64,000 nucleotides of DNA from assembly GCF_009914755.1 (NCBI RefSeq), contig NC_060932.1; one strand, 5' to 3'. Of the stretch, positions 45,681-63,801 are shown in pieces. The notes under the pieces are model-generated. The model saw nothing but the letters and a program-made list of their open reading frames with translations. It was not told the DNA's origin and did no database searches. The position numbers and the translations under genes are program-made. Origin of the DNA: the human T2T-CHM13v2.0 reference genome, Homo sapiens. Position 1 is the first letter of the stretch, and every line of letters begins with the position of its first letter.

Positions 45681-47664
45681 TTATTACAGCGACTGAAGCA
45701 TTATAAGTGTTCAGGAAATGAGATTCAATTCTGAAAGGACTCATTGATTGTAGAAAGTAACCATGGTGCAATTAGGATTCTGCAGTTGGGGATTTGAGAC
45801 AGCATTTACGGAAATAAAAGGTAATAACTGTGCTCAAAGTCCTGTCAAAAAGAGTTATGAAATATTTATATATCTTCAGTAAGGATATTATTAAATATCC
45901 CCAGAAGACACATTGAGTTTTGCTACAATTACATAAATACAATAAGAATTATAATACTGTAACTAGATAGGAAGGTTTACAAAAAAATTTAAAAACAAAA
46001 CAAGTTTAAATAAACTAATTACTCGACATGCATGATTATAAGGTTTTTTTATGTTTTTATATGCATTTTACATGGTTTTGTGCTCAACAGCCATGACTGG
46101 GGAAGAATGATTAAACATTTTTCTTTAGCAGAACTAAATAGTTTCTCTATTAAGAAGTAAAATATCTTAGGAGGTTTTATTTACTTCTTGGAGAAGATTT
46201 TGAAACCAAAGCCTCCATTCATTGTTCAAAGGATCAAACCAATCCTGCAAATGTAGCCCAGCTGTGGATTTGGTAACAATAAGCAAAGGTGGGCCAAGCA
46301 GAGAGTACTGTATTTGTTTTTCACAGAATCTCCTTAAATTGATTGATTGCCTATAGCTCTCTGTGCTAGTTGTCTGTTCAATGGCCAGTGTTGCTAAGCA
46401 AGCTAGATTAAGGTGGCTTAATTGACTGGTATTTCAAGAAACAGTCCACAGAGAAGAGGTAACTCCACATGCCATTTCAAAGTTCAGTTGGACCAGGTGG
46501 CACCACTTAGTGAGTGAAGCTGTATCCAAGACATCAAAGGGGGAAAGGACAGTCAGTGTAGGGAGCCCCTGAACAAAGAGCAGATGACAGTTTTGCTGAG
46601 ACATGATTGGACTTCTTTAAATATTATAAGGACCATTGTATCACCAGGTCATTATATTTTAACTCTCTTAGTTTTACATATAAAATTTAAAAGAAGCATT
46701 TTACATGAATAAAGATTGTCCAAATATAAGTCAGGAAATAAAACTGGCTTAAATTTAGAGTATGGCCATAACATAATTGTTCTTTGCTCTATCTCTGCAG
46801 AAAAGAATCAGAGGGCACCTTCTGTAACACAGGCCCTGACTCTCTTCCTTCTGATGAACCTCGCACTGTGACACAGGGGAGAATCCCAGAGGACAAGATC
46901 CTAATGAAGCACAGATCAAATCAGTTCTCTCCACCATTAACTGCAAACAATAAAGGTAGGAGGTGGCTTAATCAGCCTCTAGGCTAAATGCAAATTATGT
47001 TCCTCCTCTTTTAGATCAATGTCATAAAGAGATAATGCTGTTACTCATTTAGCCTCATGCAATCTCTGTCACTGAAAGGAAGAAAACATGATTATGTTCA
47101 TTTACCAGGTTAAAAAATGACGTGCAAAAAAATTAGATGCCTGACCTAATGTCATGAAGTAAATCAGTGTGGCAAATCTCTTAGATGTTCTGACTCTCAA
47201 GCCATGTTTCTTTTTAATACAACATGCTCTGTTTTCTAATATATATTATCTGGAGCTAAGTTGTTTTAAACATTTGGTTAGAAAAAGGAAAATTCAAAGG
47301 TAAGTGTTCTTTCCACTCTTCTCTTGACATCAGTATGTTAGAAATATCAGTGAATTAGAAATAGTTCTAGCTCTGTCTCTAACTAGCAGTGGGAGGTGAG
47401 CTTATCACCTGAATGTGAGCCCTGCTCGCACAGTTCTCAACTATAACAAGCTGTGCTTGCCTTAGCCTACCAACACACTGGTTTGAGGAAAAATTTGGTA
47501 ATATATCTGAACATGCTTTGAAAAGTATAAAGTACTACAACATTATAAAGTCTGATTTGCTAATGCAACTTTGCCCTTTCTGAATTCCCATCACTCTTTG
47601 TCTATACCTCCCTTTAGGTGCTTATCATTTTGCACCTCATGCATTAAAACAATTGGTGTTTGTT

Positions 47665-47958
47665 GGCTGGGTGCGGTGGCTCATGCCTGTAATCCCAGCA
47701 CTTTGGGAGGCTGAGGTGGGCAGATCACAAGGTCAGGAGTTCAAGACCAGCCTGGCCAACATAGTGAAACCCCCGTCTCTACTACAAATACAAAAAATTA
47801 GCCGGGCGTGGTGGCGATTGCCTGTAATCCCAGCTACTCAGGGGCTGAGCAGGAGAATCCCTTGAACCCGGGAGGTGGAGGTTGCAGTGAGCCAAGATTC
47901 TGCCACTGCACTCCAGCCTAGGTGACAGTGCGAGACTCCCTCTAAAAAAAAAAAAAAA
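47665..47958 (+). mobile_element. AluSg-like full length
   Basis: gatcacaaggtcaggagttc (2-bp deletion diagnostic); poly(A). Confidence 0.9.
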
Positions 47959-50070
47959 TCTGTATTTGTTATGCAGAATACATTCTTTGATGGCAGTAAC
48001 CAGGAGCTGTGAGACTTTTAGACTCTTAAATCTCTGAAGTGTGCCTACTAAATGAATGGAAGTTTTCCCAAAGGACTGGACTCTAACAGAGGCCATTCTC
48101 ACCATTGATGTGGATGTGACATTCCCGGTGCAGCTGTGCTTCAGGAGAAGAAAGATATGCTGGACACGCGGGCACCCTGGCAGTGACCCAGAAAGATGGT
48201 AAGGCCATTGTGTAGGTCACTTTTTCATGGCCAAAGACATAGCCTAACTCTTCTGTTATCATCTGTATGGAAATCGTTGTTCCTTCCTCCTAACCCCTTA
48301 ATAATCATGGAGTGAGTTAATGCCTACAGCATGGAAAAAAGATTAAGGATTAATTGTGGGGGAAAAGCTCCATTGCAAACAGTTTATAAAAAGACAGCTT
48401 GCTTGGATACAGTTGTTAGTACTGTATATATGTTAAAATTTGCACTTGAATGTCCACATGCATTGAGATATATGTCAGTATTGAAGGTATTTTACATCAG
48501 ATACTCCATGTAAGCCGATACCATTATGTAATGATGTGTATCACTGTGTTCTCAATGTTTTCTAGAAAAGTGAATAACATTAGCAATAGGAAAGGAAATA
48601 GAACCATAAATGGTTTGTTAATTGTTGTTCTGTGATATGGGCATTAACCTGTGTATGGGTGGCTGCGTGTGGGTGTGCGTTCATATTTTTGAGTGTGAGC
48701 TTTGTCTTCTGTGCACACACAATACTACTGTCACCTGGTGCTTTGAGTTGTGCTTCCAGAGATAATGAAGAATTTATGCTAATATATGCATTTGACTAAA
48801 CCCGCTTATAATTAAGGGGCATGAGTTTTCCAGACAAATGACGTGGGTCAGCTGTGACCACTGAAGCTTGTAACCACTGAAAAGCTAAAAACTACTTTGC
48901 CCTAAGGTCAAGTTCCTTAACCTCAGCTAAGAATGCCAAGTCTTCATTGAGCAATGCTGCTCAGCAGAGACAGCAGAAGAGGACCACTCTATGCGCCCTA
49001 GATCTATCTTACTTTACATCTTCCTTTGTATTTTATTGTAAAAGTTCTTCAGTTTAATCATCTTTCCTTTAGAAAAGGGCCCTGATAACATCTGCAATCA
49101 TTCCTTTCAATTACCATGTTTGGCCTTCAAAAAGAGGGCATTTCAATTTCATGGTCAAACACAGGATGCAATTTTATACTTGAAAATAATGGCAAGAGCT
49201 AGACTGGGGCATGGAGGCAGATGACATTTTAGCTACCAATGACCTAGCATGTTACTGATTGAACGAGAGCATCTGAAATATCCCCCAGAGTTTCTAGGAA
49301 ATTTTAGAACTAGATTTATATTTTGAAACTGCAGATTAATATACTGAAAGAATTATTATCTGACAGACACAACAAATTAGTACTTGGACTTCAGAATAAA
49401 TGCTGTTGGCAGCAATTATTAAAAGCAGTAATAAGTGCTGTTGATCTGGCCGCCACTTCCTTCCCTTCCTAAAGTTTTGATGAAACATAACCTTTTTGAT
49501 GTCACAGGACTAACAAAGATCTTGAAGTTGAACTGATACCCACTGGCATACTGAAAACTGGCATTCTCTCTTCTAAAGGATCAGCATGAAGTCTTGACAA
49601 TAAAACAGAAAGGGATGCGTTGAAATTAAAGTTTGTCATTTTAAAACCACAATTTACTATTTTTGAATGCTCAGATCTTAAAATGATAAAATGCAGTTCT
49701 TTATTTCTAAAAGTGCCTCTTCAGGAGTAACTCCTCTTAATCTGAGGATGAAGAGGGGTCCCAACGTCACCCAGAAGCCTTTGTCCCTTGGTCATCAGCA
49801 CCAGCCCAGGGGCAGAGCCTCGTGTCTCAAACACAGGGTGAGCGATCCTGCTGTGGGAAGTGTCCCCTCACCTCCCTGAGGAGGACCGTGCTTTCATGAT
49901 TGATTTTTCACATTTCTCCTTTACATTCCACTCTATATTTCCAATACAGAAGTTCTACTCATAACAGCAAGCTCTAAATGCACATTTAAAAAATCTGATT
50001 AACTAAATGATTAATTAACTGGGTTTCATTTCCTGTTTTGTGTCACAGTCCGAAATGTCTAGGTTTTAAA

Positions 50071-50146
50071 AGGCTACAAACTCCATTATGACTATTCATT
50101 TTCAAACTAGGCTACAAACTCCATTATGACTATTCATTTTCAAACT
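50071..50146. repeat. Perfect 38-bp tandem duplication
   Basis: aggctacaaactccattatgactattcattttcaaact twice. Confidence 0.95.
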
Positions 50147-50869
50147 ATTATACAAATAACAGAAACCAACAAATCTAGGTCAAAAGCACCTAGAAGCATG
50201 CTTTAAAGCACCCATGTGTGCACAGAACCATCCACAGAGTGGTACAAAGCTGGTTGAAAGCCAGAACCAAAGCAAAATTAACCTGATCCTATCCCATCTA
50301 ACTGTGTGAACAGCCTCTCAGCCAATCACCCTATAAAAACTGGCATGGGTGTCAGAAAAAGGTGTCTGCTAAATAACAAACATTTGGCTTTTAGTGCTTG
50401 GCTGGTTGAGTGAACGTGGCAGACACCAAACCGTGTGCCTGGAATTTTAAAAATCGGAGTAGTGGCATTTATTGGCCAGAACGACTAGAAATCTAGAGGA
50501 AATGCTCCCTAATAACACAAAGCACTTTCACAGATAGATTTTGCCACAAAAACGTTCAATTGTTCAACAATGTTGATTACTTACAGGCAAAACTAAAGCT
50601 GAAATGGATAAGATGACCGGCTGATTCATAGGGTGAGTCACAACAGAAAGAGATGCAACTCTTAGTTCCCTCCTAGGCAAATCTAACAATCGAGTCTAAT
50701 TTAATTGTGAAAATGCAGTTTAGTTCATTTCAGGAAACAGGCTTCTTTCTTAAGAGAACCAGTGACTGATTTTTGAAGTTCAGCATAGAAGGAGAATTCT
50801 CATTTATATGTGGGCAGTTATATTTTCTGTTGTACACATATATGCATATATGTATATATGCACTCACAT

Positions 50870-51350
50870 ACACATGTTTATTCATTAATCCAACAAATAT
50901 TTATTACATGGCAGATACTATTTTAGCTCCCAGAGTTACAAAAAAGAATACAACAAAGTCCCTATCCCTTGAAGCTGACACTCTGGTGAAAGGAGAAATT
51001 GAGTAAACAAATACCTAAATCTACCACACATCAGATGGTAATGTGTTCCATGGAGAAAGTCAAGGCAGGGAGAGGAGAATGGGGAGTACTTGGGGAAGGT
51101 GGGTTGCTAATTCATGCAGTATCCAAGGAAGGCCTCCCTGAGATAGCATGGGAGCAGAAACCTGGAACAAGTGAGGGTGAGATATGCACAGAATTCTAGA
51201 GGAAGTGGGCTTCAGGCAGTAGGAATAGCCAGTGCAAAGCCCTGAGGCAGGAGCACCTTTGGTGTGTTGCAAAACAGCAGTGGCCCCATAGCTGGGATAA
51301 GTGAGGCGGGAAGAGTGGCAGAAGAATCATCTACATGAATGCATTTGTAG
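50870..51350 (-). mobile_element. L2 fragment
   Basis: ttcattaatccaacaaatatttatt...ggaaggcctccctgag...gtgcaaagccctgaggcagga. Confidence 0.75.
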
Positions 51351-52157
51351 GATCTATCATTTCGATTAGTTAAGTTCTCTTTTTTCTTTTCTCCCATTTC
51401 TTCCCTTCTCCATTTCATCTCCATCATTCTCCAGTGAAACTCCTATTACTAACTCAGAATATATCTTTCCAAAATATTCTCTTTGCTTATATGATTATAT
51501 TGAGACACACATATTCAGACACATAAAAGTTGTATTCTGCCTTTGTTGCACAAAAATGAGGTCATATTTTTCATACTTTTCTCCATGTTGCATTTCTAAC
51601 TTAACTACATCAATCATGTTTTCCATATATCTGTAGCAGATGAGCTGCAGATGAAACTCCTGAGACACTGAGTTAAAGAAGGAAGAGGTTTATTCGGCCA
51701 GGAGCATTGGCAAGACTTCTGTCTCAAGAGCCAAGCTCCCCAAGTGAGCAATTCCTGCCCCTTTTAAGGGCTCACAACTCTGAGGGGGTCCACATGAGAG
51801 GATTGTGATTGATTGAACAAGCAGGGGTATGTGACTGGGGGCTGCATGCACTGGTAATCAGAACAAAACAGATCAGGACAGGGATTTTCACAGTGCTTTT
51901 CCATACAATGCCTGGAATCTATAGATAACATAACCAGTTAGGTCAGGGGTCGATCTTTAACTACCAGGCTTAGGTCAGGCAGGCCCAGGCCTGGTTTCGG
52001 GTCTGGTTCCTTGGTTTCAGGTCTGGTTCCTAGGCACCAGGCTACCTGCCTTTAGTTTCACTTCTCTTTCCTTTTCTGAGTATAAAACAATATAAAACAA
52101 TAAGGGCGGGTCTGTCTCTCTTCTCTCATTTCCCCCCTTTGAGACTCTCACTTTTTA

Positions 52158-53129
52158 TTAGTGGGAGTTCTCATTCTTATTTTCACTACTTACGTCTTCC
52201 TGTGCAATAGATTGATAATGATTCATATGGTACACTTGTGCTGATACATAACATGAAGTGACATTGAGAGACTGGGCTATATGCTCGGCTAATTGCAAAA
52301 ACAAATTTCTTGTTTTTCCTGGAATTTCTGGTACTGGCACATTCAGTTCATCATAGAAGGTTTGAAACCATGATATTTACTTGAAGATCCAGTCTAGCTC
52401 CATCAATTTTTAGGGTTACCCATTCCTCTTTTTTTTTAGCAAGGATTAAGGGGGTTGGTATTACTAGTTCTAAGGGTTTACACTGACCACTGGTACAGGA
52501 AGGGCCACTTTTCCCTTGCTGAATGTGGACAGGATTTTTTCATTTTTTTTTTTATCCAAGTAGCCTAAATGACACAAGACCAGTATCTTCATTTATTTTT
52601 ACACAGTCTTAATTTATGATAAATGTACTTATTTTTTGCCATATAGCCTGTTTTTTAATTAAGAGAACCACATCCTATTTCTAACTTATTATTAATGACA
52701 GCATAGGCATCAAATTTCAAGGTGACTCATTTGGGCACCTCTTTTGTTTTCTGTTTTGGCTAACACTTTACTCATATCATTTATGAGTCCCCACCAGTCT
52801 TCAGTTTTTAATCTTATTTTAATAACTGTGGTCATGGGAGGCTCAGATGGGTCATAACACATATTAGGTTGGTCATTTCCTTGGCTACATACCTTGTATA
52901 GAGTAACATTATACAAACAAGTTCTTTTTAGAGTTCCAGTACACTTACAATAACCGTAAAATAATGGGACCATAGTGACTTTTTGTCCTACCTCAGTGAC
53001 TTGATGTATACACTGGGAACTGCCCTCAGTCTGAGGAAGGTCAGTTGAAGTCCTTACTGTACAAGTCCAAATTTTAAGGAAAATTAGTCTCGTGATGAGT
53101 TTCTTCATGCTTTGGCTCTGCATGAACAA
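52158..53129 (-). pseudogene. ERV env SU remnant (HERV-E/ERV3-like), TM deleted
   Basis: MKKLITRLIFLKIWTC...CLYNVTLYKVC...CYDPSEPP and TRNLFLQLAEHIAQSLNVTSCYV, then a direct join to the 3' end. Confidence 0.75.
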
Positions 53130-53693
53130 GTCAGCTTCCGGGTGTGACTGGAGCAGGGCTTGTCGTCTTCTTCTGAGTCACTTTGCAGGGGTTGGCAAAG
53201 CTGCTCCCATCCACGTATAGCTCCCAGTCTACTGATGTTTAAGGATGGTCTTGGAGGTTGGGCCTACTAGAATAAACTGAATCCAATACCTCCACACAGT
53301 TATGTTCAGCTGGGCTCTTTGATACCAGGAGCAAAGTGGTGGGGTTTAGGGTGTTGTAAACTTTAATGGTTAAGTGGGTATTTTCACAGAGCAAGCTTTG
53401 GTATCTGGTTAGTCTAGTATTCGTTAGCTAATGATGTCCTTTGGTATTTATTAAAGTCACCATGGGGCCCTACAGTCTGGGTTAGAACTCCAACTGCCGG
53501 GGGGTGGAGCCAAGATGGCTGAATACGAACAGCTCCAGTCTACAGCTCCCAGCATGAGTGATGCAGAAGACGGGTGATTTCTGCATTTCCAAATGAGGTA
53601 ATGGGTTAATCTCACTGGGGAGTGTCGGAAAGTGGGTGCAGGACAGTGGGTGCAGTGCACCGAGCATAAACTGAAGCAGGGTGAGGCATTGCC

Positions 53694-53951
53694 TCACCCA
53701 GGAAGTGCAAGGATCAGGGAATTCTCTTTCCTACTCAAAGAAAGGGGTGACAAACAGCACCTGGAAAATCGGGTCACTCCCAACCTAATACTGCACTTTT
53801 CCAACGGTCTTAGCAAACAGCACACCAGGAGATTATACCCTGCACATGGCTCAGAGGGTCCTATGCCCACAGAGCCTCGCTCATTGCTAGCACAGCAGTC
53901 TGAAATCAAACTGCAAGGCGGCAGCGAGGCTGGGGGAGGGGAGCCTGCCAT
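53694..53951 (-). CDS. L1 antisense ORF0-like reading frame, open (85 aa); expression unknown
   Basis: MAGSPPPASLPPCSLISDCCASNERGSVGIGPSEP; ATG at 53951, with a further in-frame ATG at 54062. Confidence 0.45.
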   Translation of the reverse strand: MAGSPPPASLPPCSLISDCCASNERGSVGIGPSEPCAGYNLLVCCLLRPLEKCSIRLGVTRFSRCCLSPLSLSRKENSLILALPG

Positions 53952-54515
53952 TGCCAAGGCTTGAGTAGGTAAAGTGGCCGGGAAGCTTGAACAGGGGGGA
54001 GCCCACCGCAGCTCAAGGAGGCCTGCCTGCCTCTGTAGACTCCACCTCTCGGGGCAGGGCATAGCCAAACAAAAGGCAGCAGAATCCTCTTCAGACTTAA
54101 ATGTCCCTGTCTGACAGCTTTGAAGAGAGTAGTGGTTCTCCCAGCATGCAGCTGGAGATCTGAGAATGGACAGGCTGCCTCCTCAAGTGGGGCCCTGAAC
54201 CCCGAGTAGCCTAACTGGGAGGCACTCCCCAGTAGGGGCAGACTGACACCTCACACGGCCGGGTACTCCTCTGAGACAAAACTTCCAGAGGAACGATCAG
54301 GCAGCAACATTTGCTGCTCACCAATATCCACTGTTCTGCAGCCTCCGCTGCTGATACCCAGGCGAACAAGGTATGGAGCGGACCTCCAGCAAACTCCAAC
54401 AGACCTGCAGCTGAGGGTCCTGACTGTTAGAAGGAAAAACAGAAAGGACATCCACACCAAAACCCCATCTGTATGTCACCATCATCAAAGACCAAAGGTA
54501 GATAAAACCACAAAG

Positions 54516-55532
54516 ATGGGGAAAAAAACAGAGCAGAAGAACCGGAAACTCTAAAAGTCAGAGCGCCTCTCCTCCTCCAAAGGAACGCAGCTCCTCACCA
54601 GCAATGGAACAAAGCTGGATGGAGAATGACTTTGATGAGTTGAGAGAAGAAGGCTTCAGATGATCAAACTACTCCGAGCTAAAGGAGAAAGTTTGAACCC
54701 ATGGCAAACAAGTTAAAAACCCTGAAAAAAAATTAGACAAATGGATAACTAGAATGACCAATGCAGAGAAGTCCTTAAAGGACCTGATGGAGCTGAAAAC
54801 CAAAGCATGAGAACTACATGACGAAGGCACAAGCCTCAATAGCCGATTCAATCAACTGGAAGAAAGGGTATCAGTGATGGAAGATCAAATGAATGAAATA
54901 AAGCGAGAAGAGAAGTTTAGAGAAAAAAGAATAAAAGAAATGAACAAAGCCTCCAAGAAATATGGGAGTATGTGAAAAGACCAAATCTACATCTAATTGG
55001 TGTATGTGAAAGTGATGGGGAGAATGGAACCAAGTTGGAAAACACTCTGCAGAATATTATTGAGGAGAACTTCCCCAATCTAGCAAGGCAGGCCAACATT
55101 CAAATTCAGGAAATACAGAGAATGCCACAAAGATACTCCTCGAGAAGAGCAACTCCAAGACACATAATTGTCAGATTCACCAAAGCTGAAATGAAGGAAA
55201 AAATGTTAAGGGTAGCCAGAGAGAAAGGTCGGGTTACCCACAAAGGGAAGCCCATCAGACTAAAAGCAGATCTCTTGGCAGAAACTCTACAAGCCAGAAG
55301 ACAGTGGGGGCCGATATTCAACATTCTTCAAGAAAAGAATTTTCAACCCAGAATTTCATATCCTGCCAAACTAAGCTTCATAAGTGAAGAAGAAATAAAA
55401 TACTTTACAGACAAGCAAATGCTGAGAGATTTTGTCACCACCAGGCCTGCCCTAAAAGAGCTCCTGAAGGAAGGACTAAACATGGAAAGGAACAATCGGT
55501 ACCAGACACTGCAAAACCATGCCAAATTGTAA
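54516..55532 (+). pseudogene. L1 ORF1p, disrupted
   Basis: +1 A-run frameshift after the ATG, several TGA codons, compensating -1 near 54935. Confidence 0.92.
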
Positions 55533-55595
55533 AGACTCTCGAGGCTAGGAAGAAACTGCATCAACTAACAAGCAAAATAACCAGCTAACATCATA

Positions 55596-59422
<3,827 letters not shown>

Positions 59423-60221
59423 ACAATGGGAACACATGGACACAGGAAGGGGAACATCACACACTGGAGCCTGTTGTGGGGTGGGGGGAGGGGGGAGGGA
59501 TAGCATTAGGAGATATACCTAATGTTAAATGACGAGTTAATGGGTGCAGCACACCAACATGGCACATGTATACATAGGTAACTAACCTGCACGTTGTGCA
59601 CATGTACCATAAAACTTACAGTATAATTTAAAAAAAAAAAAAAACTCCAACTGCCATTTTTTCTCTTTTTGACACATATGGTGTAAAGGGTTTTGTCAGG
59701 TCAGGTAGCCCCAGGGCTGGAGTCAACATGAGTTTTTGTTGTTTTTTTTAAACTCATAAGAAGCTTGTTGCTGTTGGCTGTAATAGATGTAGTTTATCTA
59801 ATCCACATTTTTATTAACTGTCACCCACTAAAATATTGACTTAAATCCTGTAGCTGTTTGATTTCAAGTTTTAAATTGATCTAGTATTCTCTGCAGGACT
59901 CCAATTGCATCTAAGAATATGTGAGAGTCAAAAGACCCATAAGGGGCTTCTCTTGCTTTACAGTGTGTTATTTTTTCTCCCTCTGGTTGATGAAATGCCA
60001 GGGTGAAAGGGATAGCCAAATGGGCTAAAGCACAAGTGCCACTCTAGTTATTCAGCAGAGTGCCCAGTAAACGTCCACCACAATACCACCACACATCTGC
60101 TCGGGGATGAACAAGAGCTGACTGATTGATAAGCTCTTGAAATTTCTTAAACTCATCACATCCCTTCAGGTCTCCAAGGAATGCTAAGTTTTCTCCCTGT
60201 CATGAGAGACACGAAGTGAAC

Positions 60222-60458
60222 TTAGTGTTGGGAGATGGAAGCTGAATGGCCCTCAGGGGCTGACCCGCAGGGTGCCAGACTTCGGGATATAGCAGAGAGA
60301 GCTTGGCATGACTTATTACTCCAGGCTGCAGAATCCTGGAATAGAGCTACCATGCAGCCTATGACTGGTTGACTGGAGGACCACCTTAGTGGAAGTGGGA
60401 TAATCTGGGCCTCTGGCCTGCCATGTGCACAAGCATAACAATTGCTTTTGTTTAACAT
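60222..60458 (-). pseudogene. Second env-like ERV fragment
   Basis: LNKSNCYACAHGRPEAQIIP...CMVALFQD...W, a Cys-rich SU-like segment distinct from the 52-53 kb env. Confidence 0.55.
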
Positions 60459-62838
60459 GCAGATGGAATATTTGATCCATTTTAACCAGGCATTTGCATC
60501 TTGGTATCCTGTCTTAACTGCTAAAGTTTGTTTTAAGTCTTTAACTTCTATGATCCTCTAGTAAAATGAATGTATGATTTTAGGAAATTACAAAAACTGG
60601 TTGGGGCAGTCCATCCTTGCTCTTTAGTGGTCCACAGAATGTTGGACCAACTATGGCATGAAAGCTCTACATTGGGGGCAAGATTCCTAGTTGGCACCGT
60701 GGTCTTTTTTGAAATCTCCCTGGATTAAATCATCGTAGTTTATTAATGCCCAGTCTAAGGAGAGTCAGGAGGGACAGAAGTATTTTTCTGAAGTAGAGAG
60801 CTGTACAGGGTATAAAAAGGCAAGCATTAAATGCAATAGTTTGAGGTGAAATTGACTTAGTTATGTTAACAACTAGATGGTCAGCAATAGAATAAGGAAA
60901 GAAGAAAGAGTAATAGAATAGATGAAAAGAGTTAAATTTTTCTTAGCTTTAGTTTGATAGGGTTTTCTCCTGGGACTATGGCCCACAACCTGGAGGGGGT
61001 GGCACTTTCTTGACCCGGGTGTGATGAGTCCATCCTTTTTTGCTGTATGAGCAGCAGTCTTGGTGGTTGGCAGCACAAGGTAGGGTCCTTCCCAGGCTGG
61101 CTTGAGTTATCCTTCTTTCCACCCTTTGATGAGAATGTGATCTTCAGGCTTGTGCTGGTTTACCAGAAATTCTAGGGGTGGTACATGTGCTAAAAGACTT
61201 TTAGTTTTTGAGAGAAGGGAAAATGGAAGACAAACCAAGTATATAATTTTTAAGAAATTGACCTTTTGTTTTAAAATGTAGGGACCTTGACAGTGTACTT
61301 TATAGTCCTTAGTGCCTTTTTACTGAGAAATTTCCTTCAGCACCTATTTTTATTAGTTTTTAAACCAAAGAAAGCCAAATACCATTTTACATTTAACAAT
61401 GCTTTTGTATGATTTTATAGTAGATAAGCTAAATTTTACCTTTATATTAGTGAGTTATTAATGTTAAACTTAATTTTAATAAAACTTTATAGACATATTT
61501 ATCCAATTTTTAATATTTGACTATAAGGTAAGATTTTATAGACTCTTTTTAACGTTTTATAATTTTTGCTAAAGAGCAGGTTGGTGCTTTAAGAAAAACC
61601 TGTTATGCTTTTATTTTAATGTCCAGTTTATGGAAAAACTGGATGATATCTCTTTAACTTTAGCCAATGTTTACACATAGAACTTTCTTTCCAATTAACA
61701 TTTTAAAAATTGATTAAACCTTTAAAACAAAATATATACATTTTAAACCTTTTAATGTAGGTAAAAATTTATTCTTATGCCTCCTTATAATCCTTTTGCC
61801 AAAGGTATATTTTACTTTCTTTATATAACTTGCACATAAACTGTTTTCTTTTTCAATAGTTTTACATTCAGGAGTCCTAGTTACTTTTAAATTATACAAC
61901 ATTTCTTGCATAAATTATTTTTTATAATATTTTTCTCTTTCACGACTTTCACAGGCAATTCTTCGACATGCTTCAACTTTCTGACTTATTACAAATATTT
62001 CTTTTTTTAAACAACCAGTCAATTTATTTCAGGACGAGAATTTACCATATAATACTCTTTTTACATAAATTCCGCCCCCTCCTTTTTTTTTCCATTTTTT
62101 TTCTTTTGAAGATGATAACCATTCTTTTCCAAAGAAAACTTCTTTTATGTCTGTGGACTAGACTGTCTAAGGCCACAAGAATAGAAGTTAGTAGAATACA
62201 TGTTATACTGTTAACTTTTAGGAAACTTTACTTTTGTTGAAAACCTTGTAAGTTTGGGATTTTAATTATTCTTTGCTATTAATAAGACCTGTTTTGTCCA
62301 AATTAACTTAGAATTGGTATAGATGGCCTTTTTTTTTAACACAATAGCCCCATACTTTAAGATTTTTGAGTTAGTAAGCTACTTTTTTGCTTTTTTGATT
62401 TAGGATAGTTCTGAACTGAACTAGTGAGGTGTGCTGACAATGAGATTTCCTCTAAAAGTTATTTTTTTACCTTTTTTCTGTTAGCAAAGCAGTTGCCGCT
62501 ACGGACTGAATGCATTTGGGCCATCCACGGGTTACTGGTTTACGGATTTTTGATAGGAAGGCCTCAGTGCTTTTGGGATACATCCTTGTTTACACTGACA
62601 ACAAAGTGGTATTGGAGTGTTATAGGGTTATGGAGAATACTTTCAATTATCAATTATAGGTTTTAAATTTACCTTGGCTTTTAAAGGAATAGGGTACACT
62701 TTTTTTTTTTCTTAACTACTTGTGTATATCTCTCTTTGACTTTGTCTCTCTCTCTTTGACTTTCCTTTTTCCTCTGTCTCTTCCTCTCTTTCCCTGCCAC
62801 TCTCTTTCTCCTCTCTGCCTCGCTCTCTCTCTTCTTGA

Positions 62839-63139
62839 TTATGCTGCAGTTCTCTCAACCACTGTGGAGAGATCTAAAACCAGCTGTAACAAGCTTCTAT
62901 GTACGGGAACTGGTCTGGGTGCCCTGACTTTACAGGTTACCTTGTGCCATACCTTTGAAACAAGGGACCTGTCCAGGCTTCCTTCTGATGGCCAACCTAC
63001 TTCTAATGCTGGCCAGTCTATTTTACATAAAGTTCTAAGTTTTCCTGGTGTCATAGTACTCCATAGTCTCCTTTAAATCTTTTTTTGAAATTTTTCAACA
63101 TAGCTCCTAGTAGGGTGGGTTTTCTTGTTCCTGACCCAT
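62839..63139 (-). pseudogene. ERV gag matrix remnant (HERV-E-like)
   Basis: ATG GGT CAG at 63139; MTPGKLRTLCKIDWPALEVGWPSEGSLD. Confidence 0.8.
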
Positions 63140-63229
63140 GCTTCTTTGAGACAAAACACCACACTCACACCGCACGCACACCACAAAACAAAGAACAGGT
63201 AAAAAGGGCACACACACACTTTTGCAGTT

Positions 63230-63540
63230 TACACCAAACCAAAATCAAAACCAAAATCAGAGTATCCAGAAATCCAAGCCAGGTCAAAACAGAAACCAAA
63301 GTATCAAGCAATCCAAGTGAAGTCAAAACAAAAACGAAGTGCTGGTAAAGGCACACCGTGGGTGATCAGGCCACACTTCCACTCAAGTGGAGTGGACAAG
63401 TTCCCAAGACCGGTCCTGTCAAGCAATTCAAACCAAGTTAAAACCAAAACCAAAACCAAAGTGCCGATAAAGGCATGCCATGGGTGATCAGGCCACACTT
63501 CCACTCAAATGGAATAGGCAAGTTCCAAAGACTAGTCTAC
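63230..63540. repeat. Direct repeats in the proviral 5' leader (about 120-bp unit twice plus aaaacc-rich subrepeats)
   Basis: tgggtgatcaggccacacttccactcaa at about 63359 and 63481. Confidence 0.8.
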
Positions 63541-63783
63541 CAAGTTTCAGATGTCTGGACTCCAAGTACCATTTCCTTCCCAGTGTTCAGCCACCACGTT
63601 GATCCTCCATGGGGGCCTGCCACACACTGCTCTGGTGAGGCATCCCACTGTGTCAAATGCCTACCCAGGAGTGCTCTCAGGATCCGTGTCACTCGGGCTG
63701 GTCGGAGTCCCTTGCAGGGATGTTCCATAAGGCAGGCTTAAGCTGCCTAAGGAGCTGCCTCAACTATCCACCAATCACCTCAC

Positions 63784-63801
63784 TTCCCAGTCAGGGAACC
63801 A
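63784..63801 (-). other. Primer binding site, tRNA-Glu
   Basis: Minus strand TGGTTCCCTGACTGGGAA, one CpG-type mismatch to TGGTTCCCTGACCGGGAA. Confidence 0.88.

Noticed and set aside
63230-63540. Novel repeat array near the window end
   Set aside because: Lies in the proviral leader between PBS and gag and is best explained as part of the HERV-E/Harlequin leader
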